Made by a program: the position numbers and the translations under genes. From Mobula hypostoma (lineage: Eukaryota): 64,000 bases of DNA. Position 1 is the stretch's first letter. Each line of letters starts with the position of its first letter. The stretch lies in assembly GCF_963921235.1 (NCBI RefSeq), contig NC_086100.1, positions 42,036,001 to 42,100,000 of the forward strand, given 5' to 3'. Below, piece by piece: positions 1 through 13,553 of the stretch. Below the pieces are notes generated by a model. It searched no databases. It was given only the letters and a program-made list of their open reading frames with translations, and was not told where the DNA came from.

Positions 1-3000
1 TGGGACAGGAGGTCCGGGAAGAAAGACAAGGAGGGGGGGGTGACCCAGAGGATGGGCAAGAGGTATATTCAGAGGGACAGAGGGAGAAAAAGGAGAGTGA
101 GAGAAAGAATGTGTGCATAAAAATGAGTAACAGATGGGGTACGAGGGGGAGGTGGGGCCTTAGCGGAAGTTAGAGAAGTCGATGTTCATGCCATCAGGTT
201 GGAGGCTACCCAGACGGAATATAAGGTGTTGTTCCTCCAACCTGAGTGTGGCTTCATCTTTACAGTAGAGGAGGCCATGGATAGACATGTCAGAATGGGA
301 ATGGGATGTGGAATTAAAATGTGTGGCCACTGGGAGATCCTGCTTTCTCTGGCGGACAGAGCGTAGATGTTCAGCAAAGCGGTCTCCCAGTCTGCGTCAG
401 GTCTCACCAATATATAAAAGGCCACATCGGGAGCACCGGACGCAGTATATCACCCCAGTCAACTCACAGGTGAAGTGATGCCTCACTGGAAGGACTGTTT
501 GGGGCCCTGAATGGTGGTAAGGGAGGAAGTGTAAGGGCATGTGTAGCACTTGTTCCGCTTACACGGATAAGTGCCAGGAGGGAGATCAGTGGGGAGGGAT
601 GGGGGGGACGAATGGACAAGGGAGTTGTGTAGGGAGCGATCCCTGCGGAATGCAGAGAGAGGGGGGGAGGGAAAGATGTGCTTAGTGGTGGGATCCCGTT
701 GGAGGTGGCGGAAGTTACGGAGAATAATATGTTGGACCCGGAGGCTGGTGGGGTGGTAGGTGAGGACCAGGGGAACCCTATTCCTAGTGGGGTGGTGGGA
801 GGATGGAGTGAGAGCAGATGTACGTGAAATGGGGGAGATGCATTTAAGAGCAGAGTTGATAGTGGAGGAAGGGAAGCCCCTTTCTTTAAAAAAGGAAGAC
901 ATCTCCCTCGTCCCAGAATGAAAAGCCTCATCCTGAGAGCAGATGCGGTGGAGACGGAGAAATTGCGAGAAGGGGATGGCGTGTTTGCAAGAGACAGGGT
1001 GAGAAGAGGAATAGTCCAGATAGCTGTGAGAGTCAGTAGGCTTATAGTAGACATCAGTGGATAAGCTGTCTCCAGAGACAGAGACAGAAAGATCTAGAAA
1101 GGGGAGGGAGGTGTCGGAAATGGACCAGGTAAACTTGAGGGCAGGGTGAAAGTTGGAGGCAAAGTTAATAAAGTCAACGAGTTCTGCATGCGTGCAGGAA
1201 GCAGCGCCAATGCAGTCGTCGATGTAGCGAAGGAAAAGTGGGGGACAGATACCAGAATAGGCACGGAACATAGATTGTTCCACAAACCCAACAAAAAGGC
1301 AGGCATAGCTAGGACCCATACGGGTGCCCATAGCTACACCTTTAGTTTGGAGGAAATGGGAGGAGCCAAAGGAGAAATTATTAAGAGTAAGGACTAATTC
1401 CGCTAGACGGAGCAGAGTGGTGGTAGAGGGGAACTGATTAGGTCTGGAATCCAAAAAGAAGCGTAGAGCTTTGAGACCTTCCCGATGGGGGATGGAAGTA
1501 TATAAGGACTAGACATCCATGGTGAAAATAAAGCGGTGGGGGCCAGGGAACTTAAAATCATCGAAAAGTTTAAGAGCGTGAGAAGTGTCACGAACATAGG
1601 TCGGAAGGGATTGAACAAGGGGTGATAAAACAGTGTCGAGGTATGCAGAAATGAGTTCGGTGGGGCAGGAGCAAGCTGAGACAATAGGTCAGCCAGGACA
1701 GGCAGGTTTGTGGATCTTGGGTAGGAGGTAGAAACGGGAAGTGCGGGGTGTGGGAACTATAAGGTTGGTAGCAGTGGATGGGAGATCCCCTGAGCGGATA
1801 AAGTCGGTGATGGTGTGGGAGACAATGGCCTGGTGCTCCTTAGTGGGGTCACGATCAAGGGGTAAATAAGAGGAGGTATCCGCGAGTTGTCGCTGTGCCT
1901 CGGCAAGGTAGAGGTCAGTACGCCAGACTACAACAGCACCCTCCTTATCAGCGGGTTTAATAATAAGGTTAGGATTAGTGCGGAGGGAGTGGAGAGCAGA
2001 GCGTTCCAAAGGAGTGAGGTTGGAATGGGGACAAGGTGCGGTGAAGTCGAGACGGTTGATGTCCCGTCGGCAGTTAGCAATAAAGAGATCCAGAGCAGGC
2101 AGAAGACCAGAGCGGGGTGTCCATGAAGAAGAGGAGGGTTGAAGACGGGAGAAGGGGTCATCGGTGGGGGTGGAAGAGTCCTTGCCGAAGAAGTAGGCTC
2201 GGAGACGGCGGAAGAAAAGTTCCGCATCATGGCGAACACGGAACTCGCTGAGGTGTGGGCGAAGGGGCCCTTACTGAGAACAGAGCATTCTGCCTCCGAC
2301 AGTTGAAGGTCGGAGGGGATGGTAAAGACCCGGCACGGATGACAGCTGGGATCAGAGGGGGGAGGGGGGAGGCTGGGGGTGTCAGTGGAGAGGGGAGGGT
2401 TGGGGTGAGAGGAAGATGGAGCCTCTGAGGGCCCAGGAGTTGACGGTGGGATCTGAGGAAGACGGGGCTGCGGAGTGGTGGTGGGGGAAGGGGAGACGGG
2501 AGTCACAATAGCAGCACATAAAGACCCGGCCTGGAGTTCAAGGCTGGAATCTTGAGAGCTGGGATCAGAGGCGGGAGGGGGGAGGCTGGGGGTGTCAGTG
2601 GAGAGGGGAGGGTTGGGGTGAGAGGAAGATGGAGCCTCTGAGGGCCCAGGAGTTGACGGTGGGATCTGAGGAAGACGGGGCTGCGGAGTGGTGGTGGGGG
2701 AAGGGGAAACGGGAGTCACAATAGCAGCACATAAAGACCCGGCCTGGAGTTCAAGGCTGGAGTCGCAGTTGGTGGTTGCGCAATCACTTCGAATGTGTCC
2801 ATGGTCGTTGCTGGAGTCCGGGTTTTGAATATGTCCTGAGGTGTTGGAGCCGCCGAGATCAATGGCAGGGGCCGCAATTTGAAGTTCATGCCTGCTAGCG
2901 TCGGGGCCAGCAGGCTCTGGAGTCCGTAGATGTAGAATCTTGCGATCTTTGCCTAACATGACAAAGTCAAAAAAACGGCGATTGCAGGCGTGAATCTGAC

Positions 3001-3384
3001 GGAGGATGAAATAACGGGTAGGACCATTACAGATGGCGAAGAAAGTGTCCCGAAGGTGTGGAAGGGTCTGGGATAGGGACACCAAGTACCTCCTCATGGT
3101 GGAGAGCGTCGCCTTCAGAGCTTGACGGGAGAAGTGGCGAGAGGCAGAGTCAATAAAATGTGAGTACCTGGGATCCTCAGAAGGTCCAAATTGAGAGGCT
3201 TGGAAATGAATCCTAAAGCCAACTGGAGTAAGTTGGCGACGGAGGCACGTTCCAAGAAAGGATATATGGCTGTGATAACGAGTTTGAGTCAAAGTGCGGT
3301 CGAAAAGTTGAAGAGCCGAAGAAATTACAGATGGGGAGCAGTGAGAGATGGTTTCACTGAACTCCCGTCGAAGAGAGGACAACT
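1..3384 (-). mobile_element. Penelope-like retroelement (Neptune-type), near full length and frameshifted: N-terminal/Pro-rich region, RT, Cys linker, GIY-YIG endonuclease; 3' end runs off the window
   Basis: ORFs 1928-3382, 1689-2009 (IIKPADKEGAVVVW...FYLLPKIHK) and 483-1454 (GVAMGTRMGPSYACLF, LRYIDD, LPFLD, CKRNKCYTC linker). An alternate frame from ~480 to 160 reads VIYCVRCSRCGLLYIGET...RFAEH...HF...GMN, with TAA at 160-162. Several frameshifts and stops. Confidence 0.92.
2344..2764 (-). repeat. In-frame tandem duplication with a 213-bp period (71 aa) in the Pro-rich linker of the Penelope ORF
   Basis: 2344-2551 and 2557-2764 are near-identical; DSSLELQAGSLCAAIVTPVS...SDPS occurs twice in ORF 1928-3382. 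Confidence 0.95.
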
Positions 3385-3468
3385 ATATATTTTTATGATG
3401 GAATATGCATCTTGCCTTTTTATCCCAGTAATACAACAATTTCAAAATCTTTTACTGTCCTAGAACTG

Positions 3469-5010
3469 CAGTACTGTGCAAAAGTCTTAGGCACCCTAGA
3501 TTTTTCATATAAATTTTGTTTTAGATGTTTATTTTTGTTTTCTGCATTAGTGTGTCAGTAGAAAAGTGCAAACTTTAGATTTCCAAGCACATTTTCCAAA
3601 CAAAATATTACAGAGAAATGTTCGTATTTCATTAAAGAAAGTAACATATTAAGTAACAGACCACTTTTCAAATAAAAATTAGATTACTTTTTAGGTATAT
3701 AACCCAGTGCATGATTAAACAAAGATAACAGACAGGCGCTAATGACACAATGAGTTGAATGAACCAAATCAAAAATGGGTGCAGAAGGAATCAAACTGAG
3801 TGAAGGACCAATTAAACTAAAAGGTGAGGGTGTGGCAGATGTGACAGTTTATCCTTCAAATCATCAACTCTTATACTCTACGCAAGAGTGAGCACAGCAA
3901 CAAGATAGTAAGGTCTCTTTCACATCAGCAAGGTCTCTCCCAAGCAGAAATTTCACAGCAGACAAGTTTCAAGATGTGATATCCAAGCTCTTTTGAAGAA
4001 GCTCAAAGAAATGGGCAAGGTGGAAGACCAGAAATGCAGTGGTCGGCCACAGAAATTGAGTGCAGCAGACACAAGAAACATCAATCTGATGTCCCTTCTA
4101 ATTTGGAAGAAGTCCAGCACTACTGTCAGTTTTGAACCTACAGAAACCACTGGAACCCAGGTACACTCCTCTACAGTCCAGAGAAGTCTTGACAGAAGAG
4201 GTCTTCATGGAAAATTGGCTGCTAAAAGCCATTCCTCCAAACTGGAAGCAAAGCCAACAGACTCATCTATACACAAAAACACAAGGATTGAAATGCTGAA
4301 AAATGGCAAAAATTTGAAATTTTTGGCTCAAACAGGAGGCAGTTTGTCTATAGAACAGCTGAAGAGTGCGACATAGATGAGTGTCTATAGCCAACAGTGA
4401 AGCACAGCAGAGATTCCCTGCAGGTTTAGGACTGCATTTCTGCAAACAGGGTTGGTGATCTGGTGAAAATTAATGGAGTCCTCAATGCTGAGAAGTAGCG
4501 AATTTTCACCCATCACACGATACCATCAAGAAGGTGTCTGATTGGTCCTAACTTCATTCTGCAGCAGGACAATGTCCCCAAACACACAGCCAAGGTCATA
4601 AAGAACTATCTTCAGTGCAAAGAACAAGGAGTTCTGCTACAGGTGGTATGGCCTCCACAAACCCTTGACTTCAACATCATTGACGCTGCCTGGGATTACC
4701 TGCAGACAGAAGCCAGCGAGACAGCCAAAGCCTGCAGAAGAACTGTGGCAAGTTCCCCAAGGTGCTTAGAGCAATGAACGAGCCAATTTTCCTATAAAAC
4801 TGCACGACAGTGTACCCAAGAGAATTGATGCAGTTTTAAAGGCAAAGGGCAGTCTCACTAAATATTGATTTAATTTAGTTTTTTTACTGTTTACTGCTCT
4901 CGATAGTAATTTTTTTGTTATTTGGTAACTTTTCATTTCTTCACTTTTGAAAGCATCTTTGCCTTACAGAATTTTTTTTTACATGTGTCTAGGACTTGTG
5001 CACAGTATTG
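3469..5010 (+). mobile_element. Tc1-family DNA transposon with a decayed transposase
   Basis: 26-bp terminal inverted repeats (TIRs): cagtactgtgcaaaagtcttaggcac versus right-end reverse complement caatactgtgcacaagtcctagacac; TA follows the right end. Transposase remnants: SGRPQKLS (ORF 3993-4376), QQDNVPKHTAK, WPPQTLDFNII. Confidence 0.9.
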
Positions 5011-8000
5011 TATGTATCTGCCCAAAGGAATAATAAAACTAGAGAGTAAATTAATCCTTTTGCCCCGCCCCCCCCCCATTTTCTACTTCACAACTGACCT
5101 TGGAAAAACTCCAGGGCTTAAATATTATTCTTAGCAGTTATAAGACTTTTAGTCCTGAATGAGAAGGATGAAAGTTCAACAGACATGATCAATATTATTC
5201 CCTTAAGAATTAATATTTCAGTGTGCCACTGATAGAATTTTAAATGATTTTTAAAAGATGTAATCGTTTTCTGAGTTACAGGCATCGCAAGCAAGGCCAA
5301 CATTTACTGCACGCAATGCTTCTTGCAAAGGTGATAGTGAACCACCCTCTTGAACTGCTGAAGTCTGATAAAGATACTTCCACAGTGCTGTTCAGCAGGG
5401 AGCTCGAGGATTTAAACATAACCACACTGAAATACTAGTGATATATTTCCAATGCACTAACTTGGAGGGGAGTTGTTCCCACATGCCTGATGCTCTCACC
5501 ATCTCTGGTGGCAAAGGCTAATGGTTTGCGAAGAGTTGTTGGAGTACATAGGGGATACCTGCACTGTGTTTTGTAAACAGTGCCATAACACACAGAGTGT
5601 GGGTGGGGTACGAAGCTGTCCGAGCAGCACTCATCCATACCAGTGGATAGAATTCCACCACATCTCTGAATTGTGCCTTGTGCATGACGGAAAAGCCATC
5701 TTCACTTTACTACCATTGGAAAGGAAGTATAGGAACCTAAAGACCCACATTCAACATTTTAGGAAAAGTTTCTTCCCTTCTACAATCAGATTTTTGAACA
5801 GTCCATGAACACAACCTCAATACTCATCTCTTTGCACTGTTTATTTATTTTTGAAACTTACAGTAGTTTTTAATGTCTTGTACTGCTGGTGCAAAACAAC
5901 AAACTTAACAACATTTGTCAGTGATAATCAACCTGTTTCTGATTCAGTTTGGTCCATGTTTACATCAATGTTCTGCTAAGGTTGGTAAAACATAAAATGG
6001 GCATTAGCAAATAGCTTGTTTGTAAATAAGTGCTATTTGGTAGCACAGTTCATCATTACTTCCATCACTTTACAGATGATTGAGAGGGCATGACAAATTC
6101 TAGAATTGGACTTGACTGCTTTTTGTGAACAGGACATACACAAGCAGATTTTCACATTATCAAGTTGATGTAACTGTGCTGGTAGAGCTTGGCAAGGGAG
6201 CAGGTACTCTTGGTTTGTAGGTCTTTATTTAGTAATACAATTGGGAAGTTGTTTGGGTCAATAATCACTGTCTCAAGTGCTCTCAGTCTGCTCACTCCAT
6301 GTAATGTCAGAAAATGTAATGGCTGGTTTTTGACTTTTGTGATGGTAGAGGCTAGAGGGGAAGCCAAGATCTATTTTGCACACAGATGCTGGGCATCATC
6401 ATCGTTGAGACTGAGGATATTCTTGGAATCTCTTCTTCTGTTAGGTATTTAACTGTTGGTCATCAATCATAATTAGACATGACTGGATAAAGCTTCAGTC
6501 CAACCCAATGATTATTTTTCCTTTTTTACATGTTGTACTGTTCACTTGGTTGACACTTCCATCAGTTTTACATATGACTGGTGCTACACTCAGAATTCCC
6601 TTCTGCTCCCTTCAATGGGCCAAACTTGGTAAAATGATGGATATGCATGAGATTATAGATTATAGTAGTGTACATTTCTGGTGGTCCACAGTATCTGATC
6701 CTTGCCGGGCTTTCTGCTGCATATCTGTTTTGAATCTATCTCAATTAGATAGACTCAAGTGCCAACAATATCGTGGGCACTGTCATCAATGTGAAGCTGG
6801 AACTTGGTCTCCACAGGGACCCGTCCTGCAGTTAGTATACCATATATACATATACATGGACAAATGTATCTGACACATACGACTCACGAGGACAAAGATT
6901 TATTTCACATGTTAGTTTATTTATTACCTGCTACAGGTCCAGTCTAGCACTATATTCTTTAGAGCTCCTTCTATAGTTATGCCTGCAAGCCACTCTTGGA
7001 CATGGGCATAGAAGCACTCACGACTGATGACAGATTTGATGGACCCAGAGTGAAATTCTCAGGAATACTATCTCCTGCCTATATGCTACTGTACTGCCAC
7101 TTCTGGTGGGTCTATCATACTGATAGGACAGGACACATCTAGGGATTGAGATAGGAATATGGAACATTGACTGTAAGGTACAGCTCTATGACCATATCAG
7201 TCTATTGCTTGACAGCTCTCCTAACTTACTGTGAGAAGCACTTTGTTGACAGTGACGTGAGCAACTTTGTCTTCCCTAAATTTGGTGGCTAAATCAAAAC
7301 AGCAGGTGATGTCTGGTTGTATTGTTTTTCTCTATATGAATGTAGTAGTGATGATATATCTGAATGTTTTGGTAGCCATTTCAGAGAGCATTTAGGAGTC
7401 AATCACAGAATTGATCTGGGGTCACAAACAAGCCAGACCAGTTAAGGATGGCAAATATTTTCCTCTGAACTAGATGGATTTTTCAGTAGTTTTTACTAAG
7501 ACGGCTGATTGTTCCTTTTTCCGCCCCAAAATACTCGATTATTAAATGATTTTAAATTCAAAACTGCCATGGTAGGAATTGAACTCAGGTCTTTAAATTG
7601 TTAGTCCAGATCTCAGGTGTCATTATGAAAATCTGTAAAATCCCTTCAACAGTGGACACTAAAGATTAGCAACACAACATGAGGAACAAATCCTGACAAT
7701 CCTTCACCCATCACCTGTAAAAAAAAAACTCTATTTACTTCCATTTTATTCCTGATTTTGGAAACTTGCAGTGTTCAAAATGTTGATGTTTATTTTCTTC
7801 AATGTAATTCATTTGTTAGAAATAATTTTGGCTGATTTGGACATGTGAAATTACTACCTAACTCTTTCTTGTTGATCATCAGTTAATGCTAAGAATGTAA
7901 AAAAAAATTAACACGGCAAAATTTAAATTAAAAAGTTGCCAGACTTGTTCTTCATACAGATTCATGATCTCAAGAAGTGACTGCCATTAACACCAATTAA

Positions 8001-8029
8001 TTTTGCTTTCAGTTATCATTAAACTGGAC

Positions 8030-8450
8030 ACTAGTACCTCCAAAAGGACCACAAATTTGTTGTGCTTTGGAGGCTTGCATACCTCAATGACTCCTACGTT
8101 GGCAGGGGTCAGGGCTTTATGCTTTGGTTCTTGGAAGGGTCATCTACGCCAAACAGGTCAAAGTGTAGAGGACAGACTAAGAGTGGTCCCCTGGTCGTCC
8201 AGGTTCAGGGACTCAGCTCGGGCTAACAACCCTGACTGGTAAAACAAAACTGTTACTGAAACAGCAATGAAGACTCTTTCTACATCTGAGTGCTTCAATA
8301 TTCCTGAGTCTCCACCAGGGACTTGCACGACTGACAGTAGTGGAAACCCAAAGGAAGCTACTAACACAATGAAAGAAGCCCTGAACACTGCCAGAGATGG
8401 AGGACATTCATTGCTGCCCTAAATATCAGCAGCATTACGAGCAGCAAGGA
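8030..8450 (+). mobile_element. Probable RTE-type LINE/SINE fragment
   Basis: GC-richer island containing gggctaacaaccctgactggtaaaacaaaactgttactgaaac, which resembles RTE 5' regions. Recognised from memory only. Confidence 0.35.
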
Positions 8451-8799
8451 AGGACATTGGTATACTGTCTTACAATTTCAATGAACCAGTGAAAAAGACA
8501 GTGACATACAAAAAATTACTCAGAGAAATTATTAAGGGAAAAAAGGCGGTACTCTGACACAAGATACATCAATCTTAGTGTTATCCTGAGAAAAAAGCTA
8601 ATGGTTCTGTCAGCATACACTTCCCCACAATAGAGATTCCTTTATTTTATAGGCTCCAAGGGGAAAATCTCATCTTTGAGATTTAATCCGTATATAAAAG
8701 AAAATACCATAAAAATGTAAAGAACTTATTATATATCCAAATGTCACAGGTTACTAAATCACCATCATCCAGTAAACTATAGTATAAAGTAGCTCATAC

Positions 8800-8955
8800 C
8801 TGAAAAAGCACCTTAAAAGAAGGGTGTACTGTGGGATTAGGGACAAATGGCAGTGCATAAAACGGCAAAAACTCTGTTGTCTGACTTAATGCTGCACCTC
8901 TAGTTTCTAGGTATGTTTTGAAATGAGAAGTTCTTTCTTCCAAATCATCTTTGTC
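8800..8955 (-). CDS. ARMC9: ARMC9 coding exon 4 ([52 protein letters not shown])
   Basis: 156 nt, cag acceptor, gtatga donor, phase 0/0. Matches the ARMC9 motif [30 protein letters not shown]. Confidence 0.95.
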
Positions 8956-11829
8956 CTGTTGAAAAGACATTAGCATTAACAAAAAGAGGTTCAATTAACC
9001 ATGCTTCAATTTAGTAAACACACTTTATTTAACACAGACTTATGTGACTCTTGAGATGCTGTCTGATGTCTTCCATTCAATCAACCATTGCTACTCTACT
9101 TTTCTTTGCAAATTTTCTTTTACGAGATGAGAAACATATATTTTAAATAATTATGTTAATTTCTTGTAGCTAACCACTTGTATCAATTTTTATGCTTCGT
9201 CCACTACTGCATATTTTAGTATGTATATCAATCTGATAAATAGTGTTCATCTAAATTAATAGTCTGTAAAAGTGGTGGTGTCTGCTTCTCACAAAAGAAA
9301 TGATATAGAATGAACAATTATGTATTCTGACCATAAGTTAAAGAGGAAGTTTTCAATAAAAAACAGTAAGTGCTTCAAAAAAGCTCAGCACTTCAGGCCA
9401 CTTCATTAGAACTGTAATGGGGATAAAAGCAGTTTGTAAATCTGCAAAGAATGTGGGGATGGGGCATAGCTAACATAAGGTAAAATGAGGGTGACCATGG
9501 GGAATATGCTATAAAACAGGGTTATCTGTTTAATAAGTGAATGGGTACAGTCAGAAGATGAAGACAGAATAAAGAACGTGGAAGTTGGATAATGTAGAGC
9601 AGAAGAACTAGCCTAGAAGATCAGGTTGGGCATGATCTCCACTCCAAGAACAGTTTCAGTCTTGGCAAAGATACTCCATTTACAACATAACAGTCAGCTA
9701 GGTACCAGAGGAATTCCATCTCAAACACAAAATTATTAAGTGCTGAGATAATTCTGAACTACACGTTTTACCTGTACTTCTGTATCAAATTTTTTATTTT
9801 GTGATTTTACAAATACAGAAAAAAAATCAAAAATATATTCCATTGCAATTCATCACATTCATCTTCTATAGCAGCAACTTTACATCAACCAAGGCAATGT
9901 GACTGCTTGTTACTGAAAGGTACAATGTAATACAACTTAAAAATGTATGTTATATTCTTATAGAGTTAAAAAAGCTGTTTTAAAAAAAAATTCACCATCA
10001 TTATATTAAGTTCCCTGCTAGCACATGATCAGATTCCTCTCAAAGTCAAATCTAAATACAGGTGTGTGCTTCATTTACAGAAGTCAAGCTATGCTAGCAA
10101 ATTTGAAAACATTGCAAACAATACAACCAGTTAAATACCCGAGGAAGAGCTTGCAAACTGAATTTAAATATGGACCCTAGTACTATAGAAGTTCTTTTAA
10201 TATATGCTTCCTTGTTGAAATGGGGTATAGGAAGAAAAATTATTTACAGTTCTTTATGATAATAGAGGATATTTGTTGCAAAGTGGTGAAAGGGTAGACA
10301 GTACAAAGAGAACATCTGTGACTGGCCAAAACCAGATCCAGTGGGTTAATGGGGAAGATAGATGGTGATTATGCTTTTCTGTCTATGTCATGTGTTGTTT
10401 ACCTGGCCATGCCTATAAGTTAGCTTGTACTAATAGTGAGCGAAACGTTGAGCTCATCATAGATGTGTGACTGGTAGAAAATGCAGTAAGTCCAATATTG
10501 ATGTCAATTTGGACATGAAATGTTAACTGTTTTTCCTTCCAAAGATGATGCTGGACTAGCTGAGAGTTTTCACCATTTTTTATGTTGTTTTTTATTTCAG
10601 ATTTTGTGCATTTGATTTTTTATTTGGATTTTCACCTACGTAATTAACATATTCATATCTTGGAATGGGAATTAAACCAAGATCCCTTCAGATGGGTAAT
10701 GAAGAGTAGAATGGGTTATTGCAGATAAAGTGCTGCATCTCTATTAAAATGACTTAACTAGAGATACAGTGAATTGGAAAGCAAATGTCCATGCCATTAC
10801 AGCCAAAATGATACTGGAATTGGTTTTGGGATCCAGAATGCACAACCATTTCTTCATATTACATAAGATGAATTAACTTGACAGAAGGTAGGACAAAGAT
10901 GACAAAGATGACAGAAGGTAGGACAAAGGTAGGACAAAGAGATGGAGTGATAATGGGGGAAATCAGGAGGATATTGAGGTGAATCATCAACTTGACATGT
11001 AGGGATACCTACACTGTTATCTTGCAAAGTTTTAGCACTGTAAATTTAAAAGAAAACTGATATCCAACTTTTATACCCTCATCATTACAAGCACAACATT
11101 AAGATAATTTCCTATGTAATCAGCAGTCCACTAAATTCTCACCAAAGTGATCATTCCCTTTGGTTACCCAATGTGGCAAGTTAAACCAAACGCAAAACAG
11201 TAAGAACTGAACCCAAGACCTTTGGTTGATATGACATGCCTTGAACAACTAGACCATTCCTACCATATTCAACATTTACAAATAAAATCAAGAAAATGTC
11301 CTTGAATTTTTCAGTGATACAGAAATGTGAAACTATTAAAAATACAAAGATAAATCAGCACCATCTGCTGGATAAATTTTGTTACCTCAACACAGCCCAT
11401 TGCTGACAATGAAATATCTACTTGCTTTGGTATTCAGATACAAATGCCCCAGATGTGGCAAATAGCAACCATATTGATTGTCTATTGACAACTAAAGAGC
11501 AATACATCATAGAAATAACATGTGAAAACACATATTTTTCAATTTTGAGCAGGTGATTTAAGTACATGATATAGGTACATTTTGAACTTTATGTCTGTGT
11601 GAAGAACTACTTTTCAACTTGAGAGTTGCTTCTTAAAATGATCTAAATATTAAATACAAGAAAGTGAAGAATGTACAGATTAAGTGCTCCCTCCACACTC
11701 CATACATATTATTCTGGTCAAACATAAAACTTTGTTTCTTGAAGTTTATTCTTTTGATTTAATCAATATCTATATGGTTGCTCTAACTTCTGAAATACAA
11801 AGCTTCCAAAAAGAAATTGTTTTCAAATA

Positions 11830-13553
11830 CGCAAACATGAGGAAATCTGCAGATGCTGGAATTTCAGGCAACACGCATAAAAGTTGCTGGTGAACGCAGC
11901 AGGCCAGGCAGCATCTCCAGGAAGAGGTACAGTCGACGTTTCGGTTCGAGACCCTTCGTCAGGACTAACTGAAAGAAGAGCTAGTAAGAGATTTGAAAGT
12001 GGGAGGGGGAGGGGGAAATCCGAAATGATAGGAGAAGACAGGAGGGGAGGGATGGAGCCAAGAGCTGGACAGTTGATTGGCAAAAGGGATATGAGAGGAT
12101 CATGGGACAGGAGGCCTAGGGAGAAAGAAAAGGGGGGGGAACCAGAGGATGGGCAAGGGGTATAGTGAGGGGGACAGAGGGAGAAAAAGGAGAGAGAGAA
12201 AAATATCTATATATAAATAAATAACGGATGGGGTACGAGGGGGAGGTGGGGCATTAGCGGAAGTTTGAGAAGTCAATGTTCATGCCATCAGGTTGGAGGC
12301 TACCCAGACGGAATATGAGGTGTTGTTCCTCCAACCTGAGTGTGGCTTCATCTTTACAGTAGAGGAGGCCGTGGACAGACATATCAGAATGGGAATGGGA
12401 CGTGGAATTAAAATGTGTGGCCACTGGAAGATCCTGCTTTCTCTGGTGGACAGAGCGTAGGTGTTCAGCGAAACGATCTCTCAGTCTGCGTCAGGTCTTG
12501 CCAATATATAGAAGGCTGCATCGGGAGCACCAGACGCAGTATATCACTCACAGGTGAAGTGTCACCTCACCTGGAAAGACTGTCTAGGGCCCTGACTGGT
12601 AGCAAGGGAGGAAGTGTAAGAAGCGTAAGGGCATGTGTAGCACTTGTTCCACTTACAAGGATAAGTGCCAGGAGGGAGATCAGTGGGGAGGGATGAATGG
12701 ACAAGGGAGTCACATAGGGAGCGATCCCTATGGAAAGCAGAGGGGGGGGGAAGGAAAGCTATGCTTAGTGGTGGGATCCCATTGGAGGTGGTGAAAGTTA
12801 CAGAGAATTATATGTTGGACCCGGAGGCTGGTGGGGTGGTAGGTGAGGACAAGGGGGACCCTATTCCTAGTGGGGTGGCGGGAGGATGGAGTGAGAGCAG
12901 ATGTGCGTGAAATGGGGAAGATGCGTTTGAGAGCAGAGCTGATGGTGGGGGAAGGGAAGCCCCTTTCTTTAAAAAAGGAGGACATCTCTTTCATCCTGGA
13001 ATGAAAAGCCTCATCCTGAGAGCAGATGCGGCGGAGACGGAGGCATCGCGAGAAGGGGATGGCATTTTTGCAAGAGACAGGGTGAGAAGAGGAATAGTCC
13101 AGATAGCTGTGACAGTCAGCAGGCTTATAGTAGACATCAGTAGATAAGCTGTCTCCAGAGATAGACACAGAAAGATCTAGAAAGGGGAGGGAGGTGTCAG
13201 AAATGGACCAGGTAAACTTGAGGGCAGGGTGAAAGTTGGAAGCAAGGTTAATGAAGTCAACAAGCTCAGCATACGTGCAGGAAGCAGCGCCAATGCAGTC
13301 ATCGATGTAGCGAAGGAAAAGTGGGGGATAGATACCAGAATAGATTTGGAACATAGATTGTTCCACAAAGCCAACAAAAAGGCAAGCATAGCTAGGACCC
13401 ATACGGGTGCCCATGTCCACAAAGCCAACAAAAAGGCAGGCATAGCTAAGACCCATACCGGTGCCCATGTCCACAAAGCCAACAAAAAGGCAGGCATATC
13501 CACAAGGCCAACAAAAAGGCAGGCATATCCACAAAGCCAACAGAAAGGCAGGC
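11830..13553 (-). mobile_element. 5'-truncated Penelope-like element (RT C-terminal half, GIY-YIG remnant, 3' pseudo-LTR) with a 14-bp TSD
   Basis: ORF 12728-13564 (LRYIDD, LPFLD) is highly similar to element 1-3384. TSD attgttttcaaata at 11816-11829 and attgttctcaaata at 13554-13567. Confidence 0.92.
11931..11966 (-). ncRNA. Minimal type I hammerhead ribozyme in the Penelope pseudo-LTR (pLTR)
   Basis: Minus strand reads AGUC-CUGACGA-AGGGUCUCGAACC-GAAA-CGUC-GACU: intact core, stem I AGUC/GACU, a short stem II and a minimal stem III, as in PLE-associated hammerheads. Confidence 0.8.

Noticed and set aside
1-8799. Next ARMC9 exon (DSW.PELK...)
   Set aside because: I found no matching exon by eye; it probably lies beyond the left edge, but I may have missed it.
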